Shown here piece by piece: positions 37,633 through 47,850 of a stretch of 64,000 nt of DNA (position 1 is its first letter; each line of letters opens with the position of its first letter). This DNA is from Planctomycetota bacterium. GTDB lineage: Bacteria > Planctomycetota > UBA1135 > UBA2386. A model generated the notes under the pieces. It saw only the letters and a list, made by a program, of their open reading frames with translations. It searched no databases and was not told the DNA's origin. The stretch spans positions 128,001-192,000 of the forward strand of contig CANMWZ010000003.1 of assembly GCA_947501605.1 (NCBI GenBank). The letters run 5' to 3'. A program made the translations under genes and the position numbers.

Positions 37633-39483
37633 TCAGCGTCGATCCAGAGGCGGCGGCAAGGGCAGGGGCAACGTCACTCCCGCCCGCCAAATGCCGGTGA
37701 CGGCGGCGGCGTCTCGACCAATCGCCATCGCATAATGGCCGCCCACCGCGGCCTCGAACCAAATGCCGTTGTCGGGTGAGGTGGCGCGTACGAGCCGCTC
37801 GCCGGCGGCTGCTGGCCACAGCAGGATCCGATCGCCGTCCGCAGTTTCGCAGAGCCACGTCGCCGTATCGGGCAACACCGGGCGCGTGCCGCGTCCTCGG
37901 CGCCAACAAAGGGCAAACGACGCCGTGCCACTGCGATCGGTCCCGGTGTCAGGTGCCACGCAGCGGACCAGCACCTCTAGACCAGGGCCAGGATCCTCGC
38001 CGCGAGCGAACCAGGCTCCCGACGCATGCGGCAGGCGCGGATCGAGCGACCACTGCACCTCGTGATCCACCAGAAAGTCGACTCGTTCCCGGTCGAGAAA
38101 CCCCGCCAAATCGCCGTCCTGCAGGGCCGCAAACGTCCGGCTGTCGACGACCCCGTCCAGGTTCACGACGACAGGTCCAACGCCGCGATGCCGAAGTTGC
38201 GCCCAGGTCAAGAGGCCGGAGTTGAAGCACCCGACTCGCGCCTGCGCGCCAAGCAACGGCTGCAGCAGCTCACCCGCGACTTGCATCGCCACCTGAGAAC
38301 GCAAGGACTCCCGCGGCAAAGGCGCGGACACGACCGCGACTCCGGCGGCCAAGGTGGCGATCGCCAACAGGCGCGGCCACCGCCGCAGGTGCAACCACCC
38401 GACGGCCGCACCGATGGCAAGTGGCGCGGCGTAGTAATCGCGCGGGTACCAGCGAACCGACCAATGCAGCGCGACGATGCCGACGAGAGCCAGCAACAAC
38501 GCAAGGTGCGAGCGCGACAACCTCACGGTGCTACGTCGTGGTGCCAAGGCGAGAAACACGGCCGCCACCAGCGGCACGCCGAGGTCGCTCCTCCCGGCAA
38601 TCGCGGCAATGACGACCGCGAGGAGCGGCACGAAGCGCACGGCCGCGGGCCACCAGGGTTGCACCGCCGCGCCGACCAGCACGCCGAAGCCAATCAGGCC
38701 CGCTGTCGCGAAGGGCGCACCCAGCAACGCGGGTCGCGCGTACCACCAATACTGCTGCAACAACTCGCTCGCAGTCGGCAGCAGGCGCTCGAAGTTCGCA
38801 TGCGCGAGCCACGCCATTGGGGCCGCAGAATCCGGCAGCCACGAGCCTCCGCACAGCTGATTGAAGGCGACCCAAGGCAGCAACGGCAGCAACGCGAGTG
38901 CAAGGCGAAGGCCGAGTGCTTCGCGCGGCCGCGCCACCGCCAACAAGCCGGCGAGTGCCAGCAAATCCGCCCGCGCGAGCCCAGCAAGAGCGGCAATGGC
39001 CAAGAACCTCCGTGGCTGCGCGCGGCGTCGTTGCCACAACCAGGCGCCGAGCAGGCAGGCGAGTGCCGTCTCCTGACCATTTTGGCACTCGCGGAGCAAC
39101 AGCGGGTTGCCGAGCCAGCACAACGCGGCAACGACAGCGGTCCTCGTGCGCCGGCCGCTCCACCACCAACTCGTAGCCCCCAGCAGATGACACAGCCCCC
39201 CGAGCACGACGGCGACGTGCGGCACTTCGGCAGTGAACTTCGAGCAGAGCGACAGCAGCAGCGACCAGAGCAGTTGCACACCGCTGGTCCATTGTCGATC
39301 ACTGACGATCGGACCGTTGCCGTTGGCAAGGTTGTGCGCCCAGACAAACTCGTAGTAGGCATCGTCGCGCAGATGCGTAGCGGCCGTGGGCCAACCATCG
39401 ATGCCGTGCCACAGCGCCAAGCTTGCCGTCGCGGCCGCAAACAGCACGGCTAGCCACTGCCAGCGCCGCGCGCGAACGATCAC
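37633..39483 (-). CDS. Polytopic membrane protein, probable GT-C fold glycosyltransferase
   Basis: TM1 followed by DDAYY...AHNLANG, NGQET, LARAD, NLDGVV; GTGA-coupled to the upstream hydrolase. Confidence 0.6.
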   Translation of the reverse strand: MIVRARRWQWLAVLFAAATASLALWHGIDGWPTAATHLRDDAYYEFVWAHNLANGNGPIVSDRQWTSGVQLLWSLLLSLCSKFTAEVPHVAVVLGGLCHLLGATSWWWSGRRTRTAVVAALCWLGNPLLLRECQNGQETALACLLGAWLWQRRRAQPRRFLAIAALAGLARADLLALAGLLAVARPREALGLRLALALLPLLPWVAFNQLCGGSWLPDSAAPMAWLAHANFERLLPTASELLQQYWWYARPALLGAPFATAGLIGFGVLVGAAVQPWWPAAVRFVPLLAVVIAAIAGRSDLGVPLVAAVFLALAPRRSTVRLSRSHLALLLALVGIVALHWSVRWYPRDYYAAPLAIGAAVGWLHLRRWPRLLAIATLAAGVAVVSAPLPRESLRSQVAMQVAGELLQPLLGAQARVGCFNSGLLTWAQLRHRGVGPVVVNLDGVVDSRTFAALQDGDLAGFLDRERVDFLVDHEVQWSLDPRLPHASGAWFARGEDPGPGLEVLVRCVAPDTGTDRSGTASFALCWRRGRGTRPVLPDTATWLCETADGDRILLWPAAAGERLVRATSPDNGIWFEAAVGGHYAMAIGRDAAAVTGIWRAGVTLPLPLPPPLDRR

Positions 39484-40304
39484 GGAAACTTCAGGAACGC
39501 GGCAATGCGATCGCCCAGCGGCCCGCGGCGCGACCATGGCACGTTGTTGTGCTCGTAGCCCTGGGCAACCACGAGTTGGCTCGGACCCGCAAAAGCCGCG
39601 ACCAGCTCTGCGCCCTGTTCGAGCGGCACGATGCGATCTTGATCGCCATGCACCACCATCGCCGGACAGCGCACGTTCTTGGCTTGGCCCAGATTGTCGA
39701 AGCGGTGGCGGAGCACGAGTCGGACGGGTAGCCACCAAAATCGCGCTCGGGCGGCCGCCAGCAGCGAGGCTGGTGGGGCGCGCAACAGCAGCCGATCGCA
39801 GCGACCTTCGGCAGCCACGTGCACGGCGCAGAACGAACCGAGCGAGGTGCCGATGGCGACCAACGGCAGATGAAGTTCGTCGGCCCGAACGCGCGCATAG
39901 GCCCCAGCCACACTGGCGGCGTCGAGCAACGACGCCACGGACGGAAGCCCTTGGCTTGCGCCATAGCCAGGGTGCTCGACGGCGATCACCTCCATTTCGT
40001 ACTCCGCCATCTCCGTGGCTGCGTTGGCACCCGAGAGCAAGTCCTCGCCATTGCCAACGAACAGCACCGCCACCGCTCGCGGTGCACCCTTTGACTGCGC
40101 AATCGCGATGCGGAAGCGCAGTCCTTGCGAACGCACCAGTTCCACTACCCGCACCGCCGGAAGGTCGCCGCACCCTCGATCGCCGCGCCCTGCGCCAGGA
40201 AACACCAGCGCGTCCTGCTGCCACACGAGCAGCAAGACGATGCCCACATAGGCAATGACGATCGCGGTGAAGCAGATCACAAGTTGACGGCGCAGACGGC
40301 GCAT
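39480..40304 (-). CDS. Alpha/beta hydrolase (YfhR/ABHD13-like)
   Basis: GNGE, HPGYGAS, GTSLG, HGDQDRIVP, HNN. Confidence 0.88.
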   Translation of the reverse strand: MRRLRRQLVICFTAIVIAYVGIVLLLVWQQDALVFPGAGRGDRGCGDLPAVRVVELVRSQGLRFRIAIAQSKGAPRAVAVLFVGNGEDLLSGANAATEMAEYEMEVIAVEHPGYGASQGLPSVASLLDAASVAGAYARVRADELHLPLVAIGTSLGSFCAVHVAAEGRCDRLLLRAPPASLLAAARARFWWLPVRLVLRHRFDNLGQAKNVRCPAMVVHGDQDRIVPLEQGAELVAAFAGPSQLVVAQGYEHNNVPWSRRGPLGDRIAAFLKFP

Positions 40305-40389
40305 CCAGGAAGCTGCAGCTTGGCGTCGTGCCACCATCCTCGCAAGCACGCCCTCGCTGCGAACGCTTCCGATCCACGAAATCTACCGG

Positions 40390-41406
40390 TCAAGCGAGGT
40401 CCGAGTCGCCCAGCATGAACCACCAGTTCGCACTCAAGAACTCGGCGCTCACCGGGGCGTGGTTGATGTTGTGTACCAGACGCCGCTGCATCCACAAAGA
40501 CGACGGCTGCACCGCGAACCCACGTGCCAACAGGTGCCGCCACTCGTGGGACCACTGCGGAAACACTGCCATCAGTCGTTCTCGCCCCTGCTCCCCCTGA
40601 CGTCGCACCGCCGCGGCCAGTAGGGCATCCTGCGCTTCCAGGTCGCGCTCCACAGCGAGCCAGTCGGCGATGGTCGCCGCCTCGGGCGCGAGGCCAGAAC
40701 CGGGCTTCAGCACCATCAAGCCGCAGAGCACGGAGCCTCTTCGGGCAGTCCAGATTTCGTAGTCCTGCCGGTGCGGGATCTGCACGTAGCGCCAGTCGAG
40801 GTAGACACGATCTCGGCGCACCAGACACGGTTTGTCCTTCTGCACCTGCGCGTAGAGCGCATCGACGTCGTCAGGAACTAGCTCGACCTTCTGCACCTCG
40901 ATGCCGCCGGGGAACGGCAATGCGGGCATGGCGCGGTCGCGGATCAGGTAGTCGATCGCGCACATCTGCGTGTACTGCAGGTAGCGCTGGCCGATGCGGA
41001 ACGCGGCGTCGACCGGAAAACCATAGAACAGCGAGTCGCCGATCGCCTTGCTCTCAGCCCAGAACGGCTCGCAGGTGAGGACGAACAGGCCCTTTCGCTT
41101 CAGGCCCTGTCGCCAGTCCGGGTGCGTCATCGAGTCGACGCAGTGCACGAAGGTCTTTGCGCCCCACGGCGTGTCCACCAGCAACGGTACGCCGGCGTAC
41201 TGCGCCGCGACGGTGCCGTCGGCGGCAACTGCAAGCCAGATGCGATTCCCCTGCGGGTTGTCGCGGTACTGCCACTGCCATTGGGCCATCGTGCGATCGA
41301 CGTAGCCCGCGCCACACACCTCGCGGAACACGAGGTTGAACGTATCCAGGATCGCGCCCTCGTCGCCGGGCCGGTACTTGCGGATCTCCAGTTCTGGGAT
41401 GCTCAT
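40390..41406 (-). CDS. GNAT-family acyltransferase
   Basis: WQWQYRDNP, DSMTHPDWRQG, FYGFP, YLDWRY, GDSD terminus. Confidence 0.78.
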   Translation of the reverse strand: MSIPELEIRKYRPGDEGAILDTFNLVFREVCGAGYVDRTMAQWQWQYRDNPQGNRIWLAVAADGTVAAQYAGVPLLVDTPWGAKTFVHCVDSMTHPDWRQGLKRKGLFVLTCEPFWAESKAIGDSLFYGFPVDAAFRIGQRYLQYTQMCAIDYLIRDRAMPALPFPGGIEVQKVELVPDDVDALYAQVQKDKPCLVRRDRVYLDWRYVQIPHRQDYEIWTARRGSVLCGLMVLKPGSGLAPEAATIADWLAVERDLEAQDALLAAAVRRQGEQGRERLMAVFPQWSHEWRHLLARGFAVQPSSLWMQRRLVHNINHAPVSAEFLSANWWFMLGDSDLA

Positions 41407-41428
41407 CGCGATGCCGTTCTTCGGCAGT

Positions 41429-42259
41429 TCAGGCCAGCCGCCGACAGAACTCTGCCACCAGGGCCGTCAGCATCACCGACGCCTTGCGACCTTCCTCCAT
41501 GACCTCTTGGTGATTGAGCGGTTGCTCGCCGATGCCAGCCGCGAGATTGGAGATGAGGGACAGCCCGCAGATGCGGGCCCCCATCGCATTCAACGCAATC
41601 GCCTCGTGCACGGTGCTCATGCCGACGGCATCGGCACCGAGCACCTTGAGCATGCGCACCTCGCTCGGCGTCTCGTAACTCGGACCCAGCAATCCAGCGT
41701 AGACGCCTTGCTGAAGCCCACTGCCGCACGCGAGCAGTAGCGAGCGCAACTGTGGATCGTAGAGCTTCGACTGATCTGGGAAACGCGGACCAAACAACGC
41801 CTCGTGCGGGCCGATGAGTGGCGATTGTCCGGTCAGATTGAGATGGTCGGTCAGCACCATCAGATCCCCAGCGCTCAGATCCTCGCCGATGCCGCCGGCG
41901 GCGTTGGTCAGCAAGAACTGCGACACCCCGAGCAGACGCAACGTCCGCACTGCGCGCGTGACACAAGCCGGCGACCATCCCTCGTAGAGATGAACACGAC
42001 CGGTGAGGCACGCCACCACGGTCCGATCGACGCGGCCGACCACCAGGGCGCCACCGTGGCCCTCGACCTTGGGCGTCGGCCATCCCGGGATCTCCGCGAA
42101 CGGCACGCTCACGGAGTCGTGCAGCTCGGCGGCGAAGCCCTTCAAGCCGCTGCCCAACACCATCGCCAACCCGATCTGTTGACAGCGAGCGGCAGACAGT
42201 CGCTGCTGCAGATACGCGACCGCGGCTTCCACTCGTTGACTCTCGGTCTGGGTTGTCAC
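41429..42259 (-). CDS. punA: Purine nucleoside phosphorylase (trimeric type)
   Basis: VLGSGL, GRVHLYEG, TNAAGG, GPSYET, GADAVGMST. Confidence 0.92.
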   Translation of the reverse strand: MTTQTESQRVEAAVAYLQQRLSAARCQQIGLAMVLGSGLKGFAAELHDSVSVPFAEIPGWPTPKVEGHGGALVVGRVDRTVVACLTGRVHLYEGWSPACVTRAVRTLRLLGVSQFLLTNAAGGIGEDLSAGDLMVLTDHLNLTGQSPLIGPHEALFGPRFPDQSKLYDPQLRSLLLACGSGLQQGVYAGLLGPSYETPSEVRMLKVLGADAVGMSTVHEAIALNAMGARICGLSLISNLAAGIGEQPLNHQEVMEEGRKASVMLTALVAEFCRRLA

Positions 42260-43500
42260 TGAGCGACCTCGGCTAGAACACCCGCCACGCAGGCAGTCAT
42301 GCAGGTGGCAATCGCACCGCCGAACATCGCCCGCAGGCCAAGTTTGGCGAGATCTCCGCGGCGCTCGGGGGCGAGCGCGCCCAGCCCGCCGACCTGGATC
42401 GCAACGCTGCCGATGTTGGCAAAGCCACACAGTGCAAAACTGGCGATCATCGCTGTGCGGGGCGCGATCGTGCCCTGCTTGATCATCGGGCCCAGCTCGC
42501 CATAGGCATACAGTTCGGTCAGCGCGATCTTGCTGCCGAGCAACTGCGCGAGCACCGAGATGTCCTGAGCCGGCACACCCATCACGGCGGCAATCGGCCA
42601 GAAGACGATGCCGAGCGCCCCCTGTACCGACCAGTCAGCACTGAACAGATGCAGACAACCGTTGAGCACTTCGACGAGCCCAAGGAATGCGATCAGCATC
42701 GCGGCGACGTTGAGGGCAAGTTTGAGTCCATCTCCGGCGCCGGCCGCTGCGGCCTCCACGACATTGCCATAGATCTCGGCCTCGACCTTGCCAACGGTTC
42801 CCATGGTCGCGCTCTTCTCGGTTTCCGGCCACAGCATCTTGGTGCAGATCAAGCCCGCTGGCACCGCCATCACCGACGCCACCATCAAGTGGCCGGCGTT
42901 GACTCCGAGCCCGACGTACAACGCGAACACGCCACCGGCAATGGTGGCAAAGCCACCGACCATGATGGCGTGCAACTCGCTCATGGTCATCGTCTTCAAG
43001 AACGGCTTGATGAGCAGCGGAGCTTCCGTCTGACCGACGAACACGTTGGCGCAGGCCGACAGTGACTCGCTGCCCGATGTGCCCATGAGCCGCACCATCA
43101 CGCGCGCCATTTGTCGAACGATCCACTGCATGAGGCCGAGGTGATAGAGCACGGCCATGAAGCTGCTGAAGAAGATCAGTGTCGGCAGCACCCGGAAGGC
43201 GAACAGGAAGCCGTTGTTCTCACCCGGCAACGCCTGGTCGACGGCGCCAACGTCGGTCAGTGCGCCGAAGATGAACTGGCTGCCCTTCAAGGAGAAGTCG
43301 AGGAACTCGCTGACCTTGCCCCCAAACCACTGCAGGGCGGCATTGCCGCGGCTCCAGTAGAGAAACGTCAGCCCCAGCACAGCCTGGAGGCCGAGACCGA
43401 CGTAGACGAGCCGCCACGAGATGGCTCGACGGTTGTGCGAGAAGACGTAGCAAATGAGCAGCATCGCAAAGATGCCGATCAGTGAGACGAAGCGCTCCAT
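42256..43500 (-). CDS. nupC: Concentrative nucleoside transporter (CNT family)
   Basis: FAFRVLP, ANVFVGQTEAPL, GGFATIAG, ALCGFAN. Confidence 0.92.
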   Translation of the reverse strand: MERFVSLIGIFAMLLICYVFSHNRRAISWRLVYVGLGLQAVLGLTFLYWSRGNAALQWFGGKVSEFLDFSLKGSQFIFGALTDVGAVDQALPGENNGFLFAFRVLPTLIFFSSFMAVLYHLGLMQWIVRQMARVMVRLMGTSGSESLSACANVFVGQTEAPLLIKPFLKTMTMSELHAIMVGGFATIAGGVFALYVGLGVNAGHLMVASVMAVPAGLICTKMLWPETEKSATMGTVGKVEAEIYGNVVEAAAAGAGDGLKLALNVAAMLIAFLGLVEVLNGCLHLFSADWSVQGALGIVFWPIAAVMGVPAQDISVLAQLLGSKIALTELYAYGELGPMIKQGTIAPRTAMIASFALCGFANIGSVAIQVGGLGALAPERRGDLAKLGLRAMFGGAIATCMTACVAGVLAEVAQ

Positions 43501-43596
43501 GGGAGGCGGATGCTACGTCGCGTCCCCCGCCGCCGCACCCGTGGAGTGCGAGCCATGCGCGTGGCGGACTCGAGAATCGCCAGTAGGATGCGCCGC

Positions 43597-44430
43597 GTGC
43601 CGAACCATGCCGATTCCACCGATCCCATGGGCGCGAGTTCGCACCGTCTCGCGGACGGATCCCACGACTGGCTCGTTCGCGAAGAGCCGCTGCTCCTTTC
43701 GATCCACGGCCAACAGTTGATGACGATGCGGACGCCAGGTCGCGATGAGGACCTTGGCCTCGGCTTCCTGCTCGGTGAGGGCATCGTGCAGACCAGCGGC
43801 AACGTGAAAGAGCTCCTGCTGGTGCCGGGCGACGCGGCAGCAGATCGCGTCGACGAGCTGCGGATCCAACTCAACACGCCGCTGGACGCTGCCGTTCGCG
43901 GTCGCCTCGCGCGCACGCACGAGATCCGCAGTTCCTGCGGAATCTGCGGGCTCGCCGACCCCGACGCGCTGCTCGACGACTTGCCACCCCTGCTGCCAGG
44001 TGCGCCACGGATCGCCCCGTCGTTGATCGCAGCGCTGGTCGAGCAGTTGAAGCAATATCAGCCGCTGTTTCTGCGCACCGGCGGTTGCCACGGTGCCATG
44101 GTCACCGATGCCCACGGAACCGTGCATGGCCACGGCGAAGACGTCGGCCGCCACAACGCCCTGGACAAGGCCATTGGTATGGCTGCCCGCAACGGCTGCG
44201 ACCTGTCGCGCGCGGTCGCCATCTTGTCGGGGCGCGCTGGCTACGACCTTGCGATCAAGTGCCTGCGCCTACGCATCCCGGTGCTCGTATCGGTCTCGGC
44301 CCCTTCGGCCTTGGCCTTCGACCTCTGCCACGCGGCGGGCGCGACGCTGGTTGGCTTTGCCCGTGGCAGCGATTTCCGCGTGTACTGCGACAGTGGCCGG
44401 CTCGAGGGCGAGAGCGGCACCACCGCCTGA
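43597..44430 (+). CDS. fdhD: Formate dehydrogenase accessory sulfurtransferase
   Basis: EEPL, MRTPG, SSCGICG, TGGCH, EDVGRHNALDK, SAPS. Start GTG 43597 or ATG 43588. Confidence 0.92.
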   Translation: MPNHADSTDPMGASSHRLADGSHDWLVREEPLLLSIHGQQLMTMRTPGRDEDLGLGFLLGEGIVQTSGNVKELLLVPGDAAADRVDELRIQLNTPLDAAVRGRLARTHEIRSSCGICGLADPDALLDDLPPLLPGAPRIAPSLIAALVEQLKQYQPLFLRTGGCHGAMVTDAHGTVHGHGEDVGRHNALDKAIGMAARNGCDLSRAVAILSGRAGYDLAIKCLRLRIPVLVSVSAPSALAFDLCHAAGATLVGFARGSDFRVYCDSGRLEGESGTTA

Positions 44431-44507
44431 TCGAGTCTCGCAGCGAGACGAAGGTCTCTGCCATCGCCGCGAGACTGCAGCCCGGCAGCTAGAGTACACG
44501 CAGCATC

Positions 44508-45488
44508 ATGGTCGCCATCCCGAGCCTCACCACTCTTGCCGCTTCGCTGGCGCTGTTGTCGGTCGGCATCGTCGCTCTGGGGGCAAAGCCGGCGCAGCGC
44601 TTTCCTGTTGGCGATAACGGCACACTCCGATGCCGCCTGCCCGACTACCAAGCCGAACCGCTGCTGCAATGGCTCGTCGCGAGGTACCAGGAGCCATCGT
44701 TCCTCGACACCGACGGCCATGACTTCCGCGGTGCAGTCCTCGGCGATCGCGTCGAGGAAGCGTGGTTCGACGACCAGAGCCTGTCGCTACTGCAGGCCAA
44801 ACACGAGGTCCATCATGTGCGCCGCGTGGGCCAAGGAGCCACCGCGGGCGTCAGCGACATTCTCTACCTGACTACGGGACAGCAGACTCTGGCGCTCCAC
44901 CACGCCGTCGATCCAACCGCGCCGACTCGCTTCCAGGATGCGCTCGCGCTGCACGATCTCGTGACCGCCGACCAGCGTCCAGCAGTCGAACTGACCCTCC
45001 GCGACTCTGGTATCCGTCCAGCCAGCCTCGAACGCACTCTACGTCTGGATCGCAAACGACACGGCATCCTCCTCAGCGACCAGACCGGTCCGTGCCTCGA
45101 GATCGCTGTCGATCAATGCACTTCGCTGCAGCAGGATCTGGCACTGCGCTGGGTCGAGTTCGAGGTCTCCATCCCACCAGCGCGCAATGGCGACGCAGTT
45201 GTTGGCGAGACTATGCAGCGCGTCCGCACGCAGGTTCTCGAGGAAGTTCGAGCGCAGTTTCCGCAGGTGAAGCCAGAGTCGGAGGGACCGTATGCAACCG
45301 TGTTTCTTCGCCTGCAGTCAGGAACCTGGCTGCCCCTGCGCACGCTCCACGAACTGAAATTGTCGGACCAGCAGGCGAAGATCGCACTGCTGATGCTGAC
45401 CGCGCTCACACTGAGTGCGCCCGCGCTGATCTTTGCTCTGCGTCGCGTCCGCGGACAGCGCCACCAGCGCAACGCGCAGCTCGTTTGA
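44508..45488 (+). CDS. Hypothetical membrane-anchored protein, CYTH-like
   Basis: N- and C-terminal hydrophobic helices; WFDDQSLSL, IAVD, VEFEV resemble CYTH. Confidence 0.45.
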   Translation: MVAIPSLTTLAASLALLSVGIVALGAKPAQRFPVGDNGTLRCRLPDYQAEPLLQWLVARYQEPSFLDTDGHDFRGAVLGDRVEEAWFDDQSLSLLQAKHEVHHVRRVGQGATAGVSDILYLTTGQQTLALHHAVDPTAPTRFQDALALHDLVTADQRPAVELTLRDSGIRPASLERTLRLDRKRHGILLSDQTGPCLEIAVDQCTSLQQDLALRWVEFEVSIPPARNGDAVVGETMQRVRTQVLEEVRAQFPQVKPESEGPYATVFLRLQSGTWLPLRTLHELKLSDQQAKIALLMLTALTLSAPALIFALRRVRGQRHQRNAQLV

Positions 45489-45504
45489 TCGTCCGCCCGC
45501 GCGC

Positions 45505-46413
45505 TCAGTCGACGCTGAAGTCGTTGGCGCGCTGGTAGCGTCCGGAGCGCTCCTTCTCCAGCTGCATCAGCACGTCCGTCAGCAGGGAACTCGCCCCGAA
45601 ACGGAACCACGCCGGCGACATCCACAGGTCCCCGCAGGTCTCGTTGACCAAGACCAAGTACTTGAGCGCGTCTTTGCTGGTCCGGATGCCGCCCGCAGCC
45701 TTGACGCCGACCATCTGGCCGGTCTCGAGGTAGTGGTCACGGACCGCCTCGAGCATGAGCAGGACCACGGGCAGAGTGCTCGCCGGAGTCACCTTGCCGG
45801 TACTGGTCTTCAAGAAGTCGCCGCCGGCAAGCAGGGCGATGCGGCACGCCCGGCGCACGTTGTCGTAGGTCTTCAGCTCGCCGGTTTCGAGGATGACCTT
45901 GAGGTGCGCGCGGCCGCAGGCCTGCTTGATGGCGACGATCTCGTCGTAGACGTGCCCGTAGCGACCCGCGAGGAAGGCGCCGCGATCGATCACCATGTCA
46001 ATCTCGGTTGCACCAGCGGCAACGGCGAGTTCGGTTTCGCGAAGCTTGGTGGCGCGGTCCGTACGGCCCGAAGGGAACCCCGTTGCCACAGAAGCGACTT
46101 GCACAGAGCTGCCCCGCAACGCCTCGACTGCGACCGAGACCAAGTCGGGATAGACACACACCGCGGCGCAAGACGGAATCTCAGGGCGCCCCGGCATCGG
46201 CTGCCTAGCTTTCGCGCACAGTTGCCGAACCTTGCCGGGAGAATCCATGCCCTCGAGGGTCGTCAGGTCCATCATGCGGATCGCGAGCTGCAACCCCTGC
46301 ACTTTCGCCTTCTGCTTGATGGAACGCGTTCCGAGCTCTTGCGCGCGCGTCTCCAACTGGACGGCATCGACGGGCGGTACGCGGAACTCTGTCGGGGACT
46401 GCATGGAGGGCAT
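45505..46413 (-). CDS. deoC: Deoxyribose-phosphate aldolase
   Basis: DLTTL, AAVCVYP, EIDMVI, LKVILETGEL, FLKTSTGK, KAAGGIRT, RFGASSLL. Confidence 0.95.
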   Translation of the reverse strand: MPSMQSPTEFRVPPVDAVQLETRAQELGTRSIKQKAKVQGLQLAIRMMDLTTLEGMDSPGKVRQLCAKARQPMPGRPEIPSCAAVCVYPDLVSVAVEALRGSSVQVASVATGFPSGRTDRATKLRETELAVAAGATEIDMVIDRGAFLAGRYGHVYDEIVAIKQACGRAHLKVILETGELKTYDNVRRACRIALLAGGDFLKTSTGKVTPASTLPVVLLMLEAVRDHYLETGQMVGVKAAGGIRTSKDALKYLVLVNETCGDLWMSPAWFRFGASSLLTDVLMQLEKERSGRYQRANDFSVD

Positions 46414-46433
46414 GGAAGATACCTCTGCCTCGC

Positions 46434-46856
46434 CTACGGCAACGAGTGGAACGTGAACGGTTCGGGCAACAGCCGATCAAGACTGGTCGCCACCTGCGAG
46501 TTGCCCGTGCCGAGCAGCACGACATGCATCGCCGGGCCGAACTCGGCGAGCACCTGTCGGCATGCGCCGCACGGACGCGCCGGATCGAGCAAGTCCGTCA
46601 CCACGACGACCGCCCGCAGCGCGCGAACGCCAACCGCAACGGCGGCACAGACCGCTGCGCGTTCGGCGCAGATGGTGAGCCCGTAGCTGGCATTCTCGAC
46701 ATTGCAGCCGGCAAACAGCCGGCCATCGTCGCTGAGAACCGCAGCGCCGACGCGAAACCGCGAGGCCGGCGCATACGCGTGCGCTTGTGCAGCGCGGGCC
46801 ATCGCCGCCATCTGCTCGACGACGCCGGAAGCCAGCTCACCGACCCGAGAGACCAT
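46434..46856 (-). CDS. cdd: Cytidine deaminase
   Basis: GCNVENASYGLTICAER, PCGACRQ. Confidence 0.95.
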   Translation of the reverse strand: MVSRVGELASGVVEQMAAMARAAQAHAYAPASRFRVGAAVLSDDGRLFAGCNVENASYGLTICAERAAVCAAVAVGVRALRAVVVVTDLLDPARPCGACRQVLAEFGPAMHVVLLGTGNSQVATSLDRLLPEPFTFHSLP

Positions 46857-46987
46857 CGAGGAAGCCTACGCCGCAGCGGATGCGACCGCGAGCCACTTGT
46901 CGCTGTCCCTAGGCCAAACGTGTGCAATGCGGACAGGCGCACCCGTGGAGTGCCCTGTCTCTGTGCGCGATGGGCACACTCGCACCG

Positions 46988-47003
46988 CGGCACAGGGCTT
47001 GCT
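46988..47003 (+). promoter_or_regulatory. Putative sigma-54 (-24/-12) promoter
   Basis: CGGCAC-AGGGC-TTGCT, near-consensus, 13 nt before ATG 47017. Confidence 0.65.
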
Positions 47004-47016
47004 CCATACCCTTGCC

Positions 47017-47850
47017 ATGTTCCGATCCGCTGTGTTGCTCCCGTTCTCCGTCGCCTCTGTGCTGGCCGCGTTCGCGGTTCCGCATCAGGGGCAGCGGTAC
47101 ACGGTGGTCGCCAGCGCGTCCACGGCAACTGTGGCAGCCGCGGCAGCGCAAGCTGTCACGGTGCACGAACCGGCGATGCAGTGCGAAACCAAGGTGCAGT
47201 GCGAACGGATGGACGCACGCACCATGGCTCAGCCCGGTGCCGCTTGGATCTACACCGTGGCCGGCCTGCCGCCAACCGATGCGCCTGCTGCCGACGATCG
47301 CGTCGACACCACGGCGCTCGGTATCCGCGGCCTCGCGTTCGTTGTGCACCCGCACCGCGAACTGAAGACCCTGACTCGCGACCAGGTGCACGGCCTGATG
47401 TCCGGTTCGATCACCAACTGGAACCAGTTCGGTGGCCCCAATGCGGCGATCCGACTGCTGCGTTCAACCGACCCCGACGACCAGGACACGCTGTCTGAGT
47501 ACCTCGGCGCACCGGACCTGACCCGGCTCGGCCAGAGCGACGCGTTCTACGGCGACCATCGTTGCCTGCGCCTCGTGACCGGCGACCCGTTCGCCATCGG
47601 CACAATGTCGATTGCCTTTGCGGAACGTGCCGTCGCCGAAGGCGTGCCACTGCAAATCGTCCCGCTCGATGGCATTGCCGCGACCAGCAACGCCGCCATG
47701 GACGGCAGCTACCCGCTGGTGCGAACGCTCGAAGTGCGCTTCGCCAACGTCGAAGACAGCCGCAACGCTCGATTGCTGCACCGCCTCGCCGGCGATGAGG
47801 GCCAAGAACTCTTGCGCGCTTCTGGCTACCACTCGCTGCCACTGCGCTGA
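47017..47850 (+). CDS. Degenerate PstS-like periplasmic binding protein
   Basis: GLAFVVHP...LTRDQV...SGSITNWNQFGG, AIG, DGSYPLVRTL. Confidence 0.7.
   Translation: MFRSAVLLPFSVASVLAAFAVPHQGQRYTVVASASTATVAAAAAQAVTVHEPAMQCETKVQCERMDARTMAQPGAAWIYTVAGLPPTDAPAADDRVDTTALGIRGLAFVVHPHRELKTLTRDQVHGLMSGSITNWNQFGGPNAAIRLLRSTDPDDQDTLSEYLGAPDLTRLGQSDAFYGDHRCLRLVTGDPFAIGTMSIAFAERAVAEGVPLQIVPLDGIAATSNAAMDGSYPLVRTLEVRFANVEDSRNARLLHRLAGDEGQELLRASGYHSLPLR

Noticed and set aside
37633..40377. 914-aa ORF as one giant protein
   Set aside because: The first ~300 aa are an Arg-rich off-frame reading of the hydrolase gene; the real start is the coupled GTG at 39483.
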